Assembly (NCBI GenBank): GCA_965215015.1
Contig: OZ244042.1
Coordinates: 3,456,001-3,520,000 of the forward strand
Origin: Candidatus Poribacteria bacterium
GTDB lineage: Bacteria; Poribacteria; WGA-4E; PCPOR2b
Length of the DNA: 64,000 bases
Reading direction: 5' to 3'
In this document: piece after piece, positions 8,020 to 17,229 of the stretch
Layout of the letters: every line of letters starts with the position of its first letter
Numbering within the stretch: position 1 is the first letter of the stretch
Position numbers and translations under genes: made by a program
The notes under the pieces: generated by a model
The model's database searches: none
What the model was told of the DNA's origin: nothing
What the model saw: the letters and a program-made list of their open reading frames with translations, nothing else

Positions 8020-10437
8020 TTATATACTGATTTGTGAAGTTGCTTCTTGGTCAGCGAGTCGTAAGGCTCGGACAATTAAAAAATAAGTCAACAGCGAAGG
8101 TGTGTTGCTTGGGGACACAAACATACCGGTTAATGACCGGGGTTGATCTTGTGTACAAATCTTTTCTAAGTGGGTTTGAGCCACCTGCCCCGCCTCCCCA
8201 ATCATTTGTAAAGTTGTTTCGATTGAAGTTTGGAAATCGGGATGGAGTTCGTAAGTCTGGTATTGATCGGCTTTCGGCGCATGATGACGCGCAATTGCAG
8301 TAAGACTAGCTTTGAATAAAATCTCTTGATCGTAGAAAGTAGCCCCTAGTAAAGGTGCGACGGCGCGCATACTCTCAACAGCATGTGGGGGCCGTTTAAC
8401 AGGGAAATGTTTCTCCTTTTCGCGTACTGCGGAGTTACCTCGGTTGTAATCGGTATGGGCCGCCATATAGTTTGGATCAATAGGTTTATCAATCAACCGT
8501 TGCCATTCATGTGCCCACCGCTGCCAACCACACGTCAGTTTTCCGATATCGTGCAGAGCAATGCAGAGTCGAATCGTCTGATCAATTGCGCCCTCTTTTG
8601 TTTCCAACCTCTGCTCAAGTTGGGAGGCGGCGTAACTTAGTTCAGCCTCTAGCCCAGCGTCGTATACGTTTAGCAAGCGTTCGATGTGTTCCGTGTATGT
8701 CTCACGGCGATAACCTGTGCTGAGCTCACGTTCTCGGGGGGCTTCGCCCTCAGAGATGCTTAATGCACAAGGCTTTTCCCCCGTTTCAAGCTGAAAGCCT
8801 ATTTTGTCATCGTATGCGACCAATTGTGGATGCACAATAAACAGTGGCGAAATCCCTAAAGTTTCCTTCTCCTTTACTTCGCGCCAGTTGTAGGTGATTG
8901 TAGTACGGCTGTTTGGTGAATCGTCCTCGGCTTCAATAGGATACTTTAGCACCCAACCCAGTCCTTGCTTTTGTGCCTCTTCTTGAAGTTTATCCCACGC
9001 TCCAAAGAGTGTGCCGCGATAGAGATTGAAGCCTTCAACTCGAAACGGTTTATCAAGTGTCTCAGGTTTGTCATGCACGAGAAGCGTTCGGGAATCATTC
9101 TTACGAATCAACTCACGAGCAAGAGCCAATTCTTGGTTAGATATTGCCCTCTCCATTTTATCGCGCTTATCGCTGCTCGCAAGTTGCTCTAATATCTTCT
9201 CATCGCTTTCGCGGTGGACTTCGTTGATAACCTCTTGCTCTGCCGTAAAGTTCAACACCCTTCCGTTTCGTTGCTGGAATGCAGCTATTGTCAGTTCACA
9301 AGTTTTCTTTTCGTAGGGGGCGTAATTTAGTGAGCCATCAGGCCGAGATGGCACGGGATAGATTCGCACTGTGCCTGATTCATTTTTGAACCTAGCACAC
9401 CGTCCGGCCCGTTGAAAAATTGCGCTTGCTGGTGCCAGTTCTGTGTGCAAATTTTCACACGTAATGTCTAAGCCAACCTCGATCACCTGTGTAGCAACCA
9501 AAATCACGTTATCGGGGCCCACACCTCGTTTGAAACGCTTGCGTATCATATCCTCTTTAGCTTTACGATCTTCCTTCAGAAAGCGAGAGTGCAATAGCAA
9601 CACTTCCGTTGTGCCACGCTGTGGGTTATCCCGCAACGACTGATACATCTTCTGTGCCCGTGCCACCGTATTGCAAATGACAATACTGCGTTGCTGGTGT
9701 TGAGTGATAACGGCGTCTGTGCTGCACAAAAGTGTTTGATTCTCAATCTTATATTCGCGGCGTTTTCCACACTGAGAAGGAATTTGTTTTAGTTCGTTCT
9801 CAGTCACCTGAACAACTTCGGCGTTAAAATATTCGCTCAAACGGTTGAGTAGCGGTTCCGAAAAAGTCGCAGTCATCAGTAAAAACGGTGTGATACCATT
9901 GAGCATTTTCAGCATTTCAATCACAGTTCCCAACGAAGTATCAGGATCGAATAAGTGAAATTCATCAAAGACTAGATATGCGCCAACAACTGCTCCCGCG
10001 TTGACATTACCCTGACGTAACCCTAGCGCATAAGGGATGTTAAGAAAACTACTCAAGACCTGATCGATTGTCGTAAAAATCAAGTCGCTACGAAACTGAC
10101 GGTCCTCCTGATTTTCACCCGTCTGAATGTTTGCCGTGAGAGTCTGTTGTCTTCCTATTGGCGATTCTTGGAAGTCGGTGTGAAAATTCTTTGCCAAAAC
10201 CCGCATTGGCGTGGCGTAAAGCAACTTCCGGGGAAATGGTTTGTCTTCCTGCTGGGCTAGCAGGAACGGAAACAACGCGGCTTTCGTCTTGCCCGCCCCC
10301 GTTGGTGCTTGTAAAATCACATTGCGCCTGTTTAACAGATGCTGTGCTACCTTGCGTTGAAATGTAAAGGGAATGAATTCAAACATTCTCTGAAACTGGT
10401 TATCCCAATACCGTTTATCTTTATCAAAATTTGACAT
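8020..10437 (-). CDS. cas3: Cas3 helicase with C-terminal HD nuclease
   Basis: APTGAGKT, DEFH, MTAT, ATQVIEVGLDI and QRAGRCAR helicase motifs; then H...LHDIGK...HH...LADQ HD domain. Confidence 0.95.
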   Translation of the reverse strand: MSNFDKDKRYWDNQFQRMFEFIPFTFQRKVAQHLLNRRNVILQAPTGAGKTKAALFPFLLAQQEDKPFPRKLLYATPMRVLAKNFHTDFQESPIGRQQTLTANIQTGENQEDRQFRSDLIFTTIDQVLSSFLNIPYALGLRQGNVNAGAVVGAYLVFDEFHLFDPDTSLGTVIEMLKMLNGITPFLLMTATFSEPLLNRLSEYFNAEVVQVTENELKQIPSQCGKRREYKIENQTLLCSTDAVITQHQQRSIVICNTVARAQKMYQSLRDNPQRGTTEVLLLHSRFLKEDRKAKEDMIRKRFKRGVGPDNVILVATQVIEVGLDITCENLHTELAPASAIFQRAGRCARFKNESGTVRIYPVPSRPDGSLNYAPYEKKTCELTIAAFQQRNGRVLNFTAEQEVINEVHRESDEKILEQLASSDKRDKMERAISNQELALARELIRKNDSRTLLVHDKPETLDKPFRVEGFNLYRGTLFGAWDKLQEEAQKQGLGWVLKYPIEAEDDSPNSRTTITYNWREVKEKETLGISPLFIVHPQLVAYDDKIGFQLETGEKPCALSISEGEAPRERELSTGYRRETYTEHIERLLNVYDAGLEAELSYAASQLEQRLETKEGAIDQTIRLCIALHDIGKLTCGWQRWAHEWQRLIDKPIDPNYMAAHTDYNRGNSAVREKEKHFPVKRPPHAVESMRAVAPLLGATFYDQEILFKASLTAIARHHAPKADQYQTYELHPDFQTSIETTLQMIGEAGQVAQTHLEKICTQDQPRSLTGMFVSPSNTPSLLTYFLIVRALRLADQEATSQISI

Positions 10438-10783
10438 TGTAAAACCTCCTTGAGTTTGATACGTGATTTATAATTCAAGTTGCTACTTGTCGTCCCGTTG
10501 GGGCTTTGGGTTGTAGTGACTCGTTCTTGATATACACATCGCGCTCCTCTAGAGCGCGAAGATTGGACCTATTACTATTCTATAGACATCTTGCTCCATA
10601 TGACCCTGTATGATGAAAGCCCATTGCTTGGTACAGCGATCTCAGCAAGTTGCATTGCCCGTTGCTAAATCATTGCGAAAGGCAGAGTCCTCCAGTTTTA
10701 ATAGAAATATTGATGGATTTTCAATAACCAACAACTTGGGTTAAAATGGTAGCCACAAAGGCTACCTCCATTATCTCTACGCC

Positions 10784-11722
10784 TTATCCAACCTTATACT
10801 TCCCCAACCCAAACGTTGCATTTTTGCCGACGTGTAGAAACGCACCCAACGCCACAAATGGCAGGAACGCCGCCAAATCGCCCGCATAGGTTACGCTGCC
10901 GACTAGCCCGCCGAGTTGCATTTTCTGATTCTGCCGCGACGAATAGCGCGTCCAATCGTGCCAACGTAATTTGCTCTGGACCGTTTGGACGGTTTCTGCC
11001 TGTGCGATGAGTCCCTTAAAATCGAGATTCAGCGATTCGCCGCAGTGGAAATATGCCAAGGCGGAGATGCGTCCAATTAAACGTCGCCAGAAGAGGTGGA
11101 ACGGGAGTTTATCCGTTATTTGCCCCTTGTGTGTGACCCGCGTGGGGGTGAGTAGGTGGACGGTCAATGAATCGGTTGGCAAAGATTCTACTTGCCGCTG
11201 GATTTCGTCGAAACAGAGTGCGTTATTGCGGTTGTGTGCCATCTGGGTGTCGCTGTCGTAGATTGATTCCCCACTATCGGTCAGGACTTGGGTCAGTTGG
11301 AAACGGCCGCGCCCCTTGCCGATGCCGATCTCACCCAAATCGCGGAAGCTGACAAGAAAATAGGGGAGGTAGTCGATGGCACGGCCGATAAGGGTGAGAC
11401 GGAACGCAAACGAATTGCCTCGGCGGTATTCACCTCGTGTGTTCAACGGATCGATGACAAAGGGTCTTGGCACATCGCCGTATGTCCGCAGTTGTTGCGC
11501 GCCCTCAAATGGGGCGGTCTCGAAGATGTACGGGTATGGGCAGACCGTTTTAAGGGTGCAGTCCCGGCAGTCAATGGGCCCTTGGGTGCAGACCATTTTT
11601 CGGAAGGCGTGTCCGAATCCGCCGCGGAGTGTGGAGCCGGCGTAGGGGGGCATCAGAATGGTTGAGAGTGCTGTTAGGATCACATGGTAGCGTGCGAATC
11701 GGAAGTTTTGAAGTGGATTCAT
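10784..11722 (-). CDS. cas6: Cas6 crRNA-processing RAMP endoribonuclease
   Basis: GSTLRGGFG, Cys cluster, VPRPFVI and C-terminal HVGKNATFGLG Gly loop. Confidence 0.92.
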   Translation of the reverse strand: MNPLQNFRFARYHVILTALSTILMPPYAGSTLRGGFGHAFRKMVCTQGPIDCRDCTLKTVCPYPYIFETAPFEGAQQLRTYGDVPRPFVIDPLNTRGEYRRGNSFAFRLTLIGRAIDYLPYFLVSFRDLGEIGIGKGRGRFQLTQVLTDSGESIYDSDTQMAHNRNNALCFDEIQRQVESLPTDSLTVHLLTPTRVTHKGQITDKLPFHLFWRRLIGRISALAYFHCGESLNLDFKGLIAQAETVQTVQSKLRWHDWTRYSSRQNQKMQLGGLVGSVTYAGDLAAFLPFVALGAFLHVGKNATFGLGKYKVG

Positions 11723-11982
11723 TATTGTGTCCTTTTCTTACATTGTCCGCTTTTCATCGCGTCATTGGGAGATGATTGATTCTCTTTTTAATAAAAAAAA
11801 CAATATTTATTTCAGTCCCCTTTTCATCGGGGCAAAATTTAAGTGAGGGGTGCTCATAATAATTGTCTGAATCGCAGATAGAGTCGATGGTACAGAAAGC
11901 ACGGATACAGATATGGGGCGCAGGTTGTTCAGGCATATCGTGCGGGGTAATCATAAAAAGGGACTGTGGCACGATACAGGTA

Positions 11983-12057
11983 TCATAAAGCAGGTAGTAC
12001 AAGCTGCCGCTCGACTGTTGAGAAACCGAAGTCGTTCGCTAAATAGATTGTCTTCAT
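11983..12057 (-). pseudogene. NDT gene 5' fragment (about 22 codons of homology)
   Basis: [24 protein letters not shown]; identical start to the intact NDT at 2575-3108. Confidence 0.8.
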
Positions 12058-12521
12058 TCAAACCTCCGCGGCCCACCCGAAAGCACGATAACTAGGGATT
12101 CTGCTCCGATCTTGAGTAAGTATTTGTCCTCATCGGAAATAAACAACGAGCCTTCCGCTACTGCGACTATCAAGATATAAGCACCCGAATCGATATGAAC
12201 GTAAATTTCGCCTGCCCGGTAATACAAAGCCCGGAAGTTTTCAAGCGTGATACGATCATCATCTATGAAAACTATTCCATTATCGTAGTGATCAATGGTA
12301 AGAGGCCGTTCGATTACGATCACACTATTTGCCGGGCCGGGGAAACCCTGTAGACCCTGCTCCCCTTTCTGCCCCGGCAGCCCCTGCGGGCCTATTGACC
12401 CCATTGGTCCTGTAGGCCCTTGCGGTCCTGTAGGACCCGGCGGCCCCTCGCATCCGACGAATATAACGAATAGTAAAACACTCAACATCAGTGAGTTTGT
12501 CAACGCTTTCATGACTTTCAT
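12054..12521 (-). CDS. Collagen-like lipoprotein, copy 2 (13 Gly-X-Y triplets)
   Basis: FVG-C lipobox, collagen run and a divergent version of the same C-terminal domain. Confidence 0.85.
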   Translation of the reverse strand: MKVMKALTNSLMLSVLLFVIFVGCEGPPGPTGPQGPTGPMGSIGPQGLPGQKGEQGLQGFPGPANSVIVIERPLTIDHYDNGIVFIDDDRITLENFRALYYRAGEIYVHIDSGAYILIVAVAEGSLFISDEDKYLLKIGAESLVIVLSGGPRRFE

Positions 12522-12744
12522 TGCTTTATCCTTTCATGTTGCGCCCGAACAGGCACTCTTGCGTAAGCGATCTGAAGCCGCTTACCGTTATTTTAGTGAT
12601 GCCTTGAGTCGTTTTTTATAGCCTTTCATGGCGTGTAGCCCATTGTATCGACACCGACTGAGATACAGTTATCTCAAGGTTCTCAGGATCGCCTCCGAGC
12701 AGATCGAGTGCAGCAGTGCCAGTGACGCGCCTTTCGTTCTGCAA
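12521..12744. repeat. ~225-bp segment duplicated at ~14265-14492 (unknown gene tail plus collagen-gene leader)
   Basis: Both copies encode ...LQNERRVTG.AALDLLGGD.ENLEITVSQSV.IQWATRHERL* and share the leader hairpins GTAAGCG...CGCTTAC and GTGCCTGTTCGGGCGC. Confidence 0.9.
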
Positions 12745-12978
12745 CCGCAGCGATTCTTTTTTAAAGCGGTCTCTCATTCGTACCGCTAACTCGGATCGGT
12801 TCTCAATGTCGAAGAAGCAGCCCCACTGTTCGGATTTGCCGACGATACGATTGTTCCGTTCAAACGGCTCCCAGACTTCAAGCCCTATCGCTTCAAGCCG
12901 CTTGACGAATTCGGGGAGCACGAGCTGCCGTTCAACTGCTGAGAAACCGAAGGCGTTGGCTAAATAGATAGTTTTCAT
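12616..12978 (-). pseudogene. Chimeric ORF: NDT N-terminus (~53 aa) fused to the C-terminal tail of an unknown gene
   Basis: Matches the intact NDT up to GKSEQW (~12823), then switches to sequence whose tail recurs at 14363-14491. Confidence 0.8.
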
Positions 12979-13737
12979 TCAGACCTCCCGCGGTGAATCC
13001 TCAAGCACGATGACTATGGCTTCTGGTTCTATCTGAAGTAAGATTTTGTCAGGATCGGCAATCCGCACCGCTCCTTCCTCGACTCCGACCACCAATACGG
13101 GTCTAAAATGTGTATCAATAAGAACATAAACGTGACTGTCCCTGTAATACAAAGCTCGGAAGCTTTCAAGAGTGATACGATCGTCAAATATGCGAATGAT
13201 TCGATTATGATCGTAGCTCGCAGCAGTAAAAGGCTGTTCGATGACGATCACACGATTTGCCGGGCCGGGGAACCCCTGCTCCCCTTTGGGTCCCGTGAGT
13301 CCTGTAGCCCCTTTCGGACCCGGAGGCCCTTCTATGCCCTGCAGACCCTTTGGCCCTATGGGTCCGAGTGGGCCTTCTATGCCCTGTAGACCTCGCTCAC
13401 CCCGTAAACCTTGTATGCCCTGCAGGCCCTGTAGACCTTGGGGGCCCTCGGGTCCGATTAGCCCCGGCGGCCCTTCTATGCCTTGCGGCCCTCGCTCACC
13501 TCGTAACCCTTCTGTGCCTTGCGGCCCTCGCTCACCTCGTAACCCTTGTATGCCCTGCAGGCCCTGTAGACCTTGTTCGCCTTGTTCGCCCTGTTCGCCC
13601 GCCGGCCCCATTGGACCCATTGGACCCGTCGGCCCTGTGGGCCCCGGCGGCCCCTCGCATCCGACGAATATAACGAATAACAAAACACTCAACATCCGTG
13701 AGTGTATCAACGCTTTCATTGCTTTCATGACTTTCAT
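12979..13737 (-). CDS. Collagen-like lipoprotein, copy 3 (44 Gly-X-Y triplets)
   Basis: FVG-C lipobox, long uninterrupted collagen run with GLRGER three times, divergent C-terminal domain. Confidence 0.88.
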   Translation of the reverse strand: MKVMKAMKALIHSRMLSVLLFVIFVGCEGPPGPTGPTGPMGPMGPAGEQGEQGEQGLQGLQGIQGLRGERGPQGTEGLRGERGPQGIEGPPGLIGPEGPQGLQGLQGIQGLRGERGLQGIEGPLGPIGPKGLQGIEGPPGPKGATGLTGPKGEQGFPGPANRVIVIEQPFTAASYDHNRIIRIFDDRITLESFRALYYRDSHVYVLIDTHFRPVLVVGVEEGAVRIADPDKILLQIEPEAIVIVLEDSPREV

Positions 13738-13741
13738 TGTT

Positions 13742-13816
13742 TTATCCTTTCATGGTGCGCCCGAACAGGCGCTGAGTTGAGAAACCGAAGTCGTTCGCTA
13801 AATAGATGGTCTTCAT
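13742..13816 (-). pseudogene. NDT gene 5' fragment (14 codons) joined to the next collagen-gene leader
   Basis: [14 protein letters not shown], then a junction at ~13775 into GCGCCTGTTCGGGCGC. Confidence 0.8.
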
Positions 13817-13830
13817 TCAAACCTCCGCGG

Positions 13831-14265
13831 TCAACCTGAAAGCACGATGATTATGGATTCTGCTTGGAATGTCTCGAGTAAGAATCTCTCGCTATCGACA
13901 ATTAACAGCGCTCCTTCCGTTACTGAGACTAAAACTACAGGGAGAACAGTCGAATCCATAAGAAAGTAAACTTTGCCCGCCCGGTAATAAAAAGTCCGGA
14001 AGTTTTCAACCGTAATACGATCGTCATCGATGCGAATGACTCCATTATCATCGTAGTCAGCAGCAGTGAGAGGATGTTCGATTGCAATCACACTATCTGC
14101 CGAGCCATCGAGCCCCTGCTCCCCTTTCGGACCCGGCAGTCCTTGTGGTCCCATTGACCCCATTGGACCTGTAGGCCCTTGCGGCCCCATGGGACCCGGC
14201 GGCCCCTCGCATCCGACGAATATAACGAATAGAAAAACACATAACATCTCTTTCATGACTTTCAT
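13831..14265 (-). CDS. Collagen-like lipoprotein, copy 4 (12 Gly-X-Y triplets), near-identical to copy 1
   Basis: FVG-C lipobox; mature protein differs from copy 1 at about 6 positions. Confidence 0.85.
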   Translation of the reverse strand: MKVMKEMLCVFLFVIFVGCEGPPGPMGPQGPTGPMGSMGPQGLPGPKGEQGLDGSADSVIAIEHPLTAADYDDNGVIRIDDDRITVENFRTFYYRAGKVYFLMDSTVLPVVLVSVTEGALLIVDSERFLLETFQAESIIIVLSG

Positions 14266-14512
14266 TGCTTTATCCTTTCATGTTGCGCCCGAACAGGCAC
14301 TCTTGCGTAAGCGATCTGAAGCCGCTTACCGTTATTTTAATGAGGCCTTGAATAGTCATTTTTTATAGCCTTTCATGGCGTGTAGCCCATTGTATCGGCA
14401 CTGACTGGGATACAGTGATCTCAAGGTTCTCAGAATCGCCTCCAAGCAGATCGAGTGCAGCAGCGCCGGTTACACGCCTTTCGTTTTGCAACTTAACTGA
14501 GTTTTCAATTAT

Positions 14513-14546
14513 ATTATACAGATCCATACCGTCAGAACATGTCGGT
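14513..14546 (-). promoter_or_regulatory. Putative WYL operator/promoter, copy 1
   Basis: Minus strand ACCGACATGTTCTGACGG-TATGGATCTG-TATAAT, immediately downstream of the WYL gene. Confidence 0.72.
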
Positions 14547-14571
14547 TGTCTAAAATTTTTGTTGTTTTTTA

Positions 14572-15561
14572 CTAGCTCTGGTATTTTTTTATCATTTTTG
14601 TGATTTCTTGGGCGATTTCCTCACGAAAATCGGGGGGCGTGAGCACTTCCGCACAACTGCCCCATTGCAAAATCTGACGCATTAGCCCTTCTCGGCCTTC
14701 GGTATCGAAATGCAGCTCGATTTGGTCGTCCCCGAGGTCAATCTGTTTTTGCAAACCCTGCCATTTCTGGGCGCGTACCCAGCGGGACGCGGGTGGGTTC
14801 ACACGGATGATCGCCTGTACAGGTTGGTCTTTCATGCCGCCGAAGCCGCGTGTGATGTACTCGTTGAGGTCAAAGTCCTCCTGAAGTTCAAAGGTTTCGT
14901 CGAGAAGTGTCAGGGAGCGCATCCGGTCGTCAAATACAAATTCGCGGAGTGCTTTTCGGGTATGGCAATAGCCGATTAGTCGCAGCGCGTTGTCCGAATA
15001 GGCGATGCCGTAAGGGTCAACCTTGCGTTGGCGGGATTCGCCCCGGCTCGCAGAATGATAGAGGAGGTCGAGGCGTTTCCGTTCTTCACAGGCGGTTTGT
15101 GCTTGGCTGATGTGTGGTGCGACATTTTGAAAATCTGTCACGGGTTGGAGTCGAAACGCGAGGATGTTTTGAATACGGTTAAAGTAGTCCTGACTTTCAA
15201 CCGGCAGTGTGGCGTGAATTTTTTTAAGGGCGTTGGTGAGTGCTTCAAAGTATGGCGTTCCTTTGAGGAACGTGGTGGCATCTTGTGCGATGGTCAACGC
15301 CAACCGTTCGGGTACCGACAGATCGAGTGCTGGGAACTGGTAATCTTCCTTGAATCTATAGCGCACTTGCTGCCCCTCCCTCTCTTTCAGAATTGATGGA
15401 AAATACCGCATGAGGCTAGGGAGGTCCCGGTCAATCGTGCGTTCACTGACACCGATCTCAGCAATCAGCTGTTGCTTTGTGATACCGTAACGTCTGTTAA
15501 TCTTCTGCAGAATCAGCCATTGCCGCTCTATTTGCTTTTCGTCTGCAATTCGTTGGGGCAT
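14572..15561 (-). CDS. wHTH-WYL-WCX transcriptional regulator
   Basis: HTH (GVSERTIDRDL), WYL domain (RKVDPYGI...LIGYCHTRKALREF) and WCX (ILQWGSCAEVLTPPDFR). Confidence 0.93.
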   Translation of the reverse strand: MPQRIADEKQIERQWLILQKINRRYGITKQQLIAEIGVSERTIDRDLPSLMRYFPSILKEREGQQVRYRFKEDYQFPALDLSVPERLALTIAQDATTFLKGTPYFEALTNALKKIHATLPVESQDYFNRIQNILAFRLQPVTDFQNVAPHISQAQTACEERKRLDLLYHSASRGESRQRKVDPYGIAYSDNALRLIGYCHTRKALREFVFDDRMRSLTLLDETFELQEDFDLNEYITRGFGGMKDQPVQAIIRVNPPASRWVRAQKWQGLQKQIDLGDDQIELHFDTEGREGLMRQILQWGSCAEVLTPPDFREEIAQEITKMIKKYQS

Positions 15562-15731
15562 TATTTGTTCCTTTTTCTGAATTGGTATTTCTATGAAGGA
15601 TGAACAAACGGAATGTAGATTTCCGTTCTCTACGAATTAATCGAGCGATTCGGGTTAGAGGTAAGGCCGGGTAAAAGTGTTGTTAAAATTTTGGGATGTG
15701 AAGTTTTTTGGGGGGATGGTTCTATTTTTCG

Positions 15732-15760
15732 TTGCAAATTGCTATTGATCATGGTAAAAT
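15732..15760 (+). promoter_or_regulatory. Sigma70-type promoter upstream of ORF 15956
   Basis: TTGCAA-17nt-TAAAAT. Confidence 0.5.
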
Positions 15761-15955
15761 GATCTTGCTTTCGCTTTCAAAATCGGCAAAAGAAAAGCCC
15801 CGCGTGATCTGATGGTGAAAGTAATTGTTTGCCGTGAACCTATAGACACGACAGACAAGACAAGACGAAAACTGATAAGTTCTAAAGCCGCTATCGCTCC
15901 CAAGATGGAGGCTTTTCCTTTGCTGGGCAATATTTTACTACATTTGAGGTAAGGA

Positions 15956-16543
15956 ATGAAAGAAAATACTGAACAACGCAGTAAGGTGCAGCAATCTCGG
16001 GAATGGGAAAGGAAACGAGCTGAGGCTCAAGATAAGAAAGAGGCTGAGGCTAGAGCGGGCGGTAGTGGTTCAAGAGGGTTGAGTTCTCCATCTCCAAATG
16101 AACCTCGGGATTACGGGTTGGAAGCAAGGATAGAAGCTAAGCGACAGGCAGCGGGTGGGCCTGATTATGCTGAGCAACCTGTGCGTGATATGATGGATGT
16201 TGAATCAGGGAATGTTGAATCTAAGGATGCTGAATCTGGTGAGACTAATGAAGATGAATTTACAAAGTTTGGTATGGAGGCTATTGCGGATGGGACGAAG
16301 ATTGCGGATTTAGAAGATGAGAATGAGATACTTAAGGAACAGCTCGAGAATTTTAAGAAAGGAAATAATGTTTTTAGCGAAGAGGGTATTAAACAGATGA
16401 ATAGTGAAGTGCAGCAATTGAATATAGATTTGAATATCGTGATGGACTGGGTCCAAAATGGAATCATCACTGGGGAGTGGGCAGAGGAGTTTAAACGACG
16501 TAGTCTTCAAGGGATTTTGAACAGGTTACCGCCTGAAAAATAA
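15956..16543 (+). CDS. Hypothetical charged/coiled-coil protein
   Basis: 195-aa ORF with GAGGTAAGGA RBS; no recognisable family. Confidence 0.7.
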   Translation: MKENTEQRSKVQQSREWERKRAEAQDKKEAEARAGGSGSRGLSSPSPNEPRDYGLEARIEAKRQAAGGPDYAEQPVRDMMDVESGNVESKDAESGETNEDEFTKFGMEAIADGTKIADLEDENEILKEQLENFKKGNNVFSEEGIKQMNSEVQQLNIDLNIVMDWVQNGIITGEWAEEFKRRSLQGILNRLPPEK

Positions 16544-16733
16544 AATGTGAAACGACGCGCCCCTTCCGGGAAAAACAAAAAAGGCGTTGATCGGATATGT
16601 TTCATCCGATCGACGCCTTTATAAGATTAAAACTTGGCGTTCGCGCGTATTTTCATCACTGCCAACCTCCACGACATGTGCATCTTCCTTTTTAGATAAA
16701 TATACAATTATTTTTGTTCTAGCGAAAAAATCA

Positions 16734-16961
16734 ATGAAACCTGAACAAGTGATCAACCAAGACCCTGATATTTTTGAAGGAGCACCCGTGTTTACGGGGA
16801 CCCGTATTCCCGTGCAGTCACTTATTGACCACCTGAAAGCAGGAGTGAGTCTTGACGAATTTCTGTATGGATTCCCCTCTGTTTCTCGTGAACAGTCCGT
16901 CGCCTTTTTAGAAATAGCGTTGACCGCGGCGATAGGAACTCGCGATGCACGTGCTGCTTGA
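16734..16961 (+). CDS. DUF433-family antitoxin
   Basis: DPDIFEGAPVFTGTRIPV...LDEFLYGFPSV; start revised to ATG 16734. Confidence 0.88.
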   Translation: MKPEQVINQDPDIFEGAPVFTGTRIPVQSLIDHLKAGVSLDEFLYGFPSVSREQSVAFLEIALTAAIGTRDARAA

Positions 16962-17229
16962 TGAACATCTGGATTGGCGATTGACACAAGATTTCGATAG
17001 CGATTTTCAGGTGAGCACCGTCCGTCGGCAAAATTGGTCCGGCAAACAAAATGGCGAACTGCTTCGGCTCGCATCCACCAAGTTTGATAGCTTAGTGACG
17101 ATGGACAAAGGCATCGAACATCAACAAAACCTGAGCCAATACCCTCTCAATATCATCATAATCTCAGCCAGAAGCAACCTGCTTTCCGCCATTTGGGATT
17201 TGTCAACATTCTGCGCCTGCGCTTGTTAG
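16945..17229 (+). CDS. DUF5615 PIN-like toxin (C-terminus possibly truncated)
   Basis: VLLDEHL...WSGKQNGELL...LVTMDKG...QQNL; overlaps the DUF433 gene. Confidence 0.8.
   Translation: MHVLLDEHLDWRLTQDFDSDFQVSTVRRQNWSGKQNGELLRLASTKFDSLVTMDKGIEHQQNLSQYPLNIIIISARSNLLSAIWDLSTFCACAC

Noticed and set aside
11754-12002. 82-aa ORF upstream of cas6
   Set aside because: Spans a junction and a REP-like element, with no RBS or recognisable motif.
13241-13780. Pro/Gly/Cys-rich plus-strand ORFs (also 3358-3615, 12295-12621, 14066-14368)
   Set aside because: Antisense shadows of the collagen repeats.
12530-13780. Integron cassette array explanation for the collagen units
   Set aside because: No integron integrase in the window, no consistent RYYYAAC...GTTRRRY attC boundaries, and the breakpoints differ between units.
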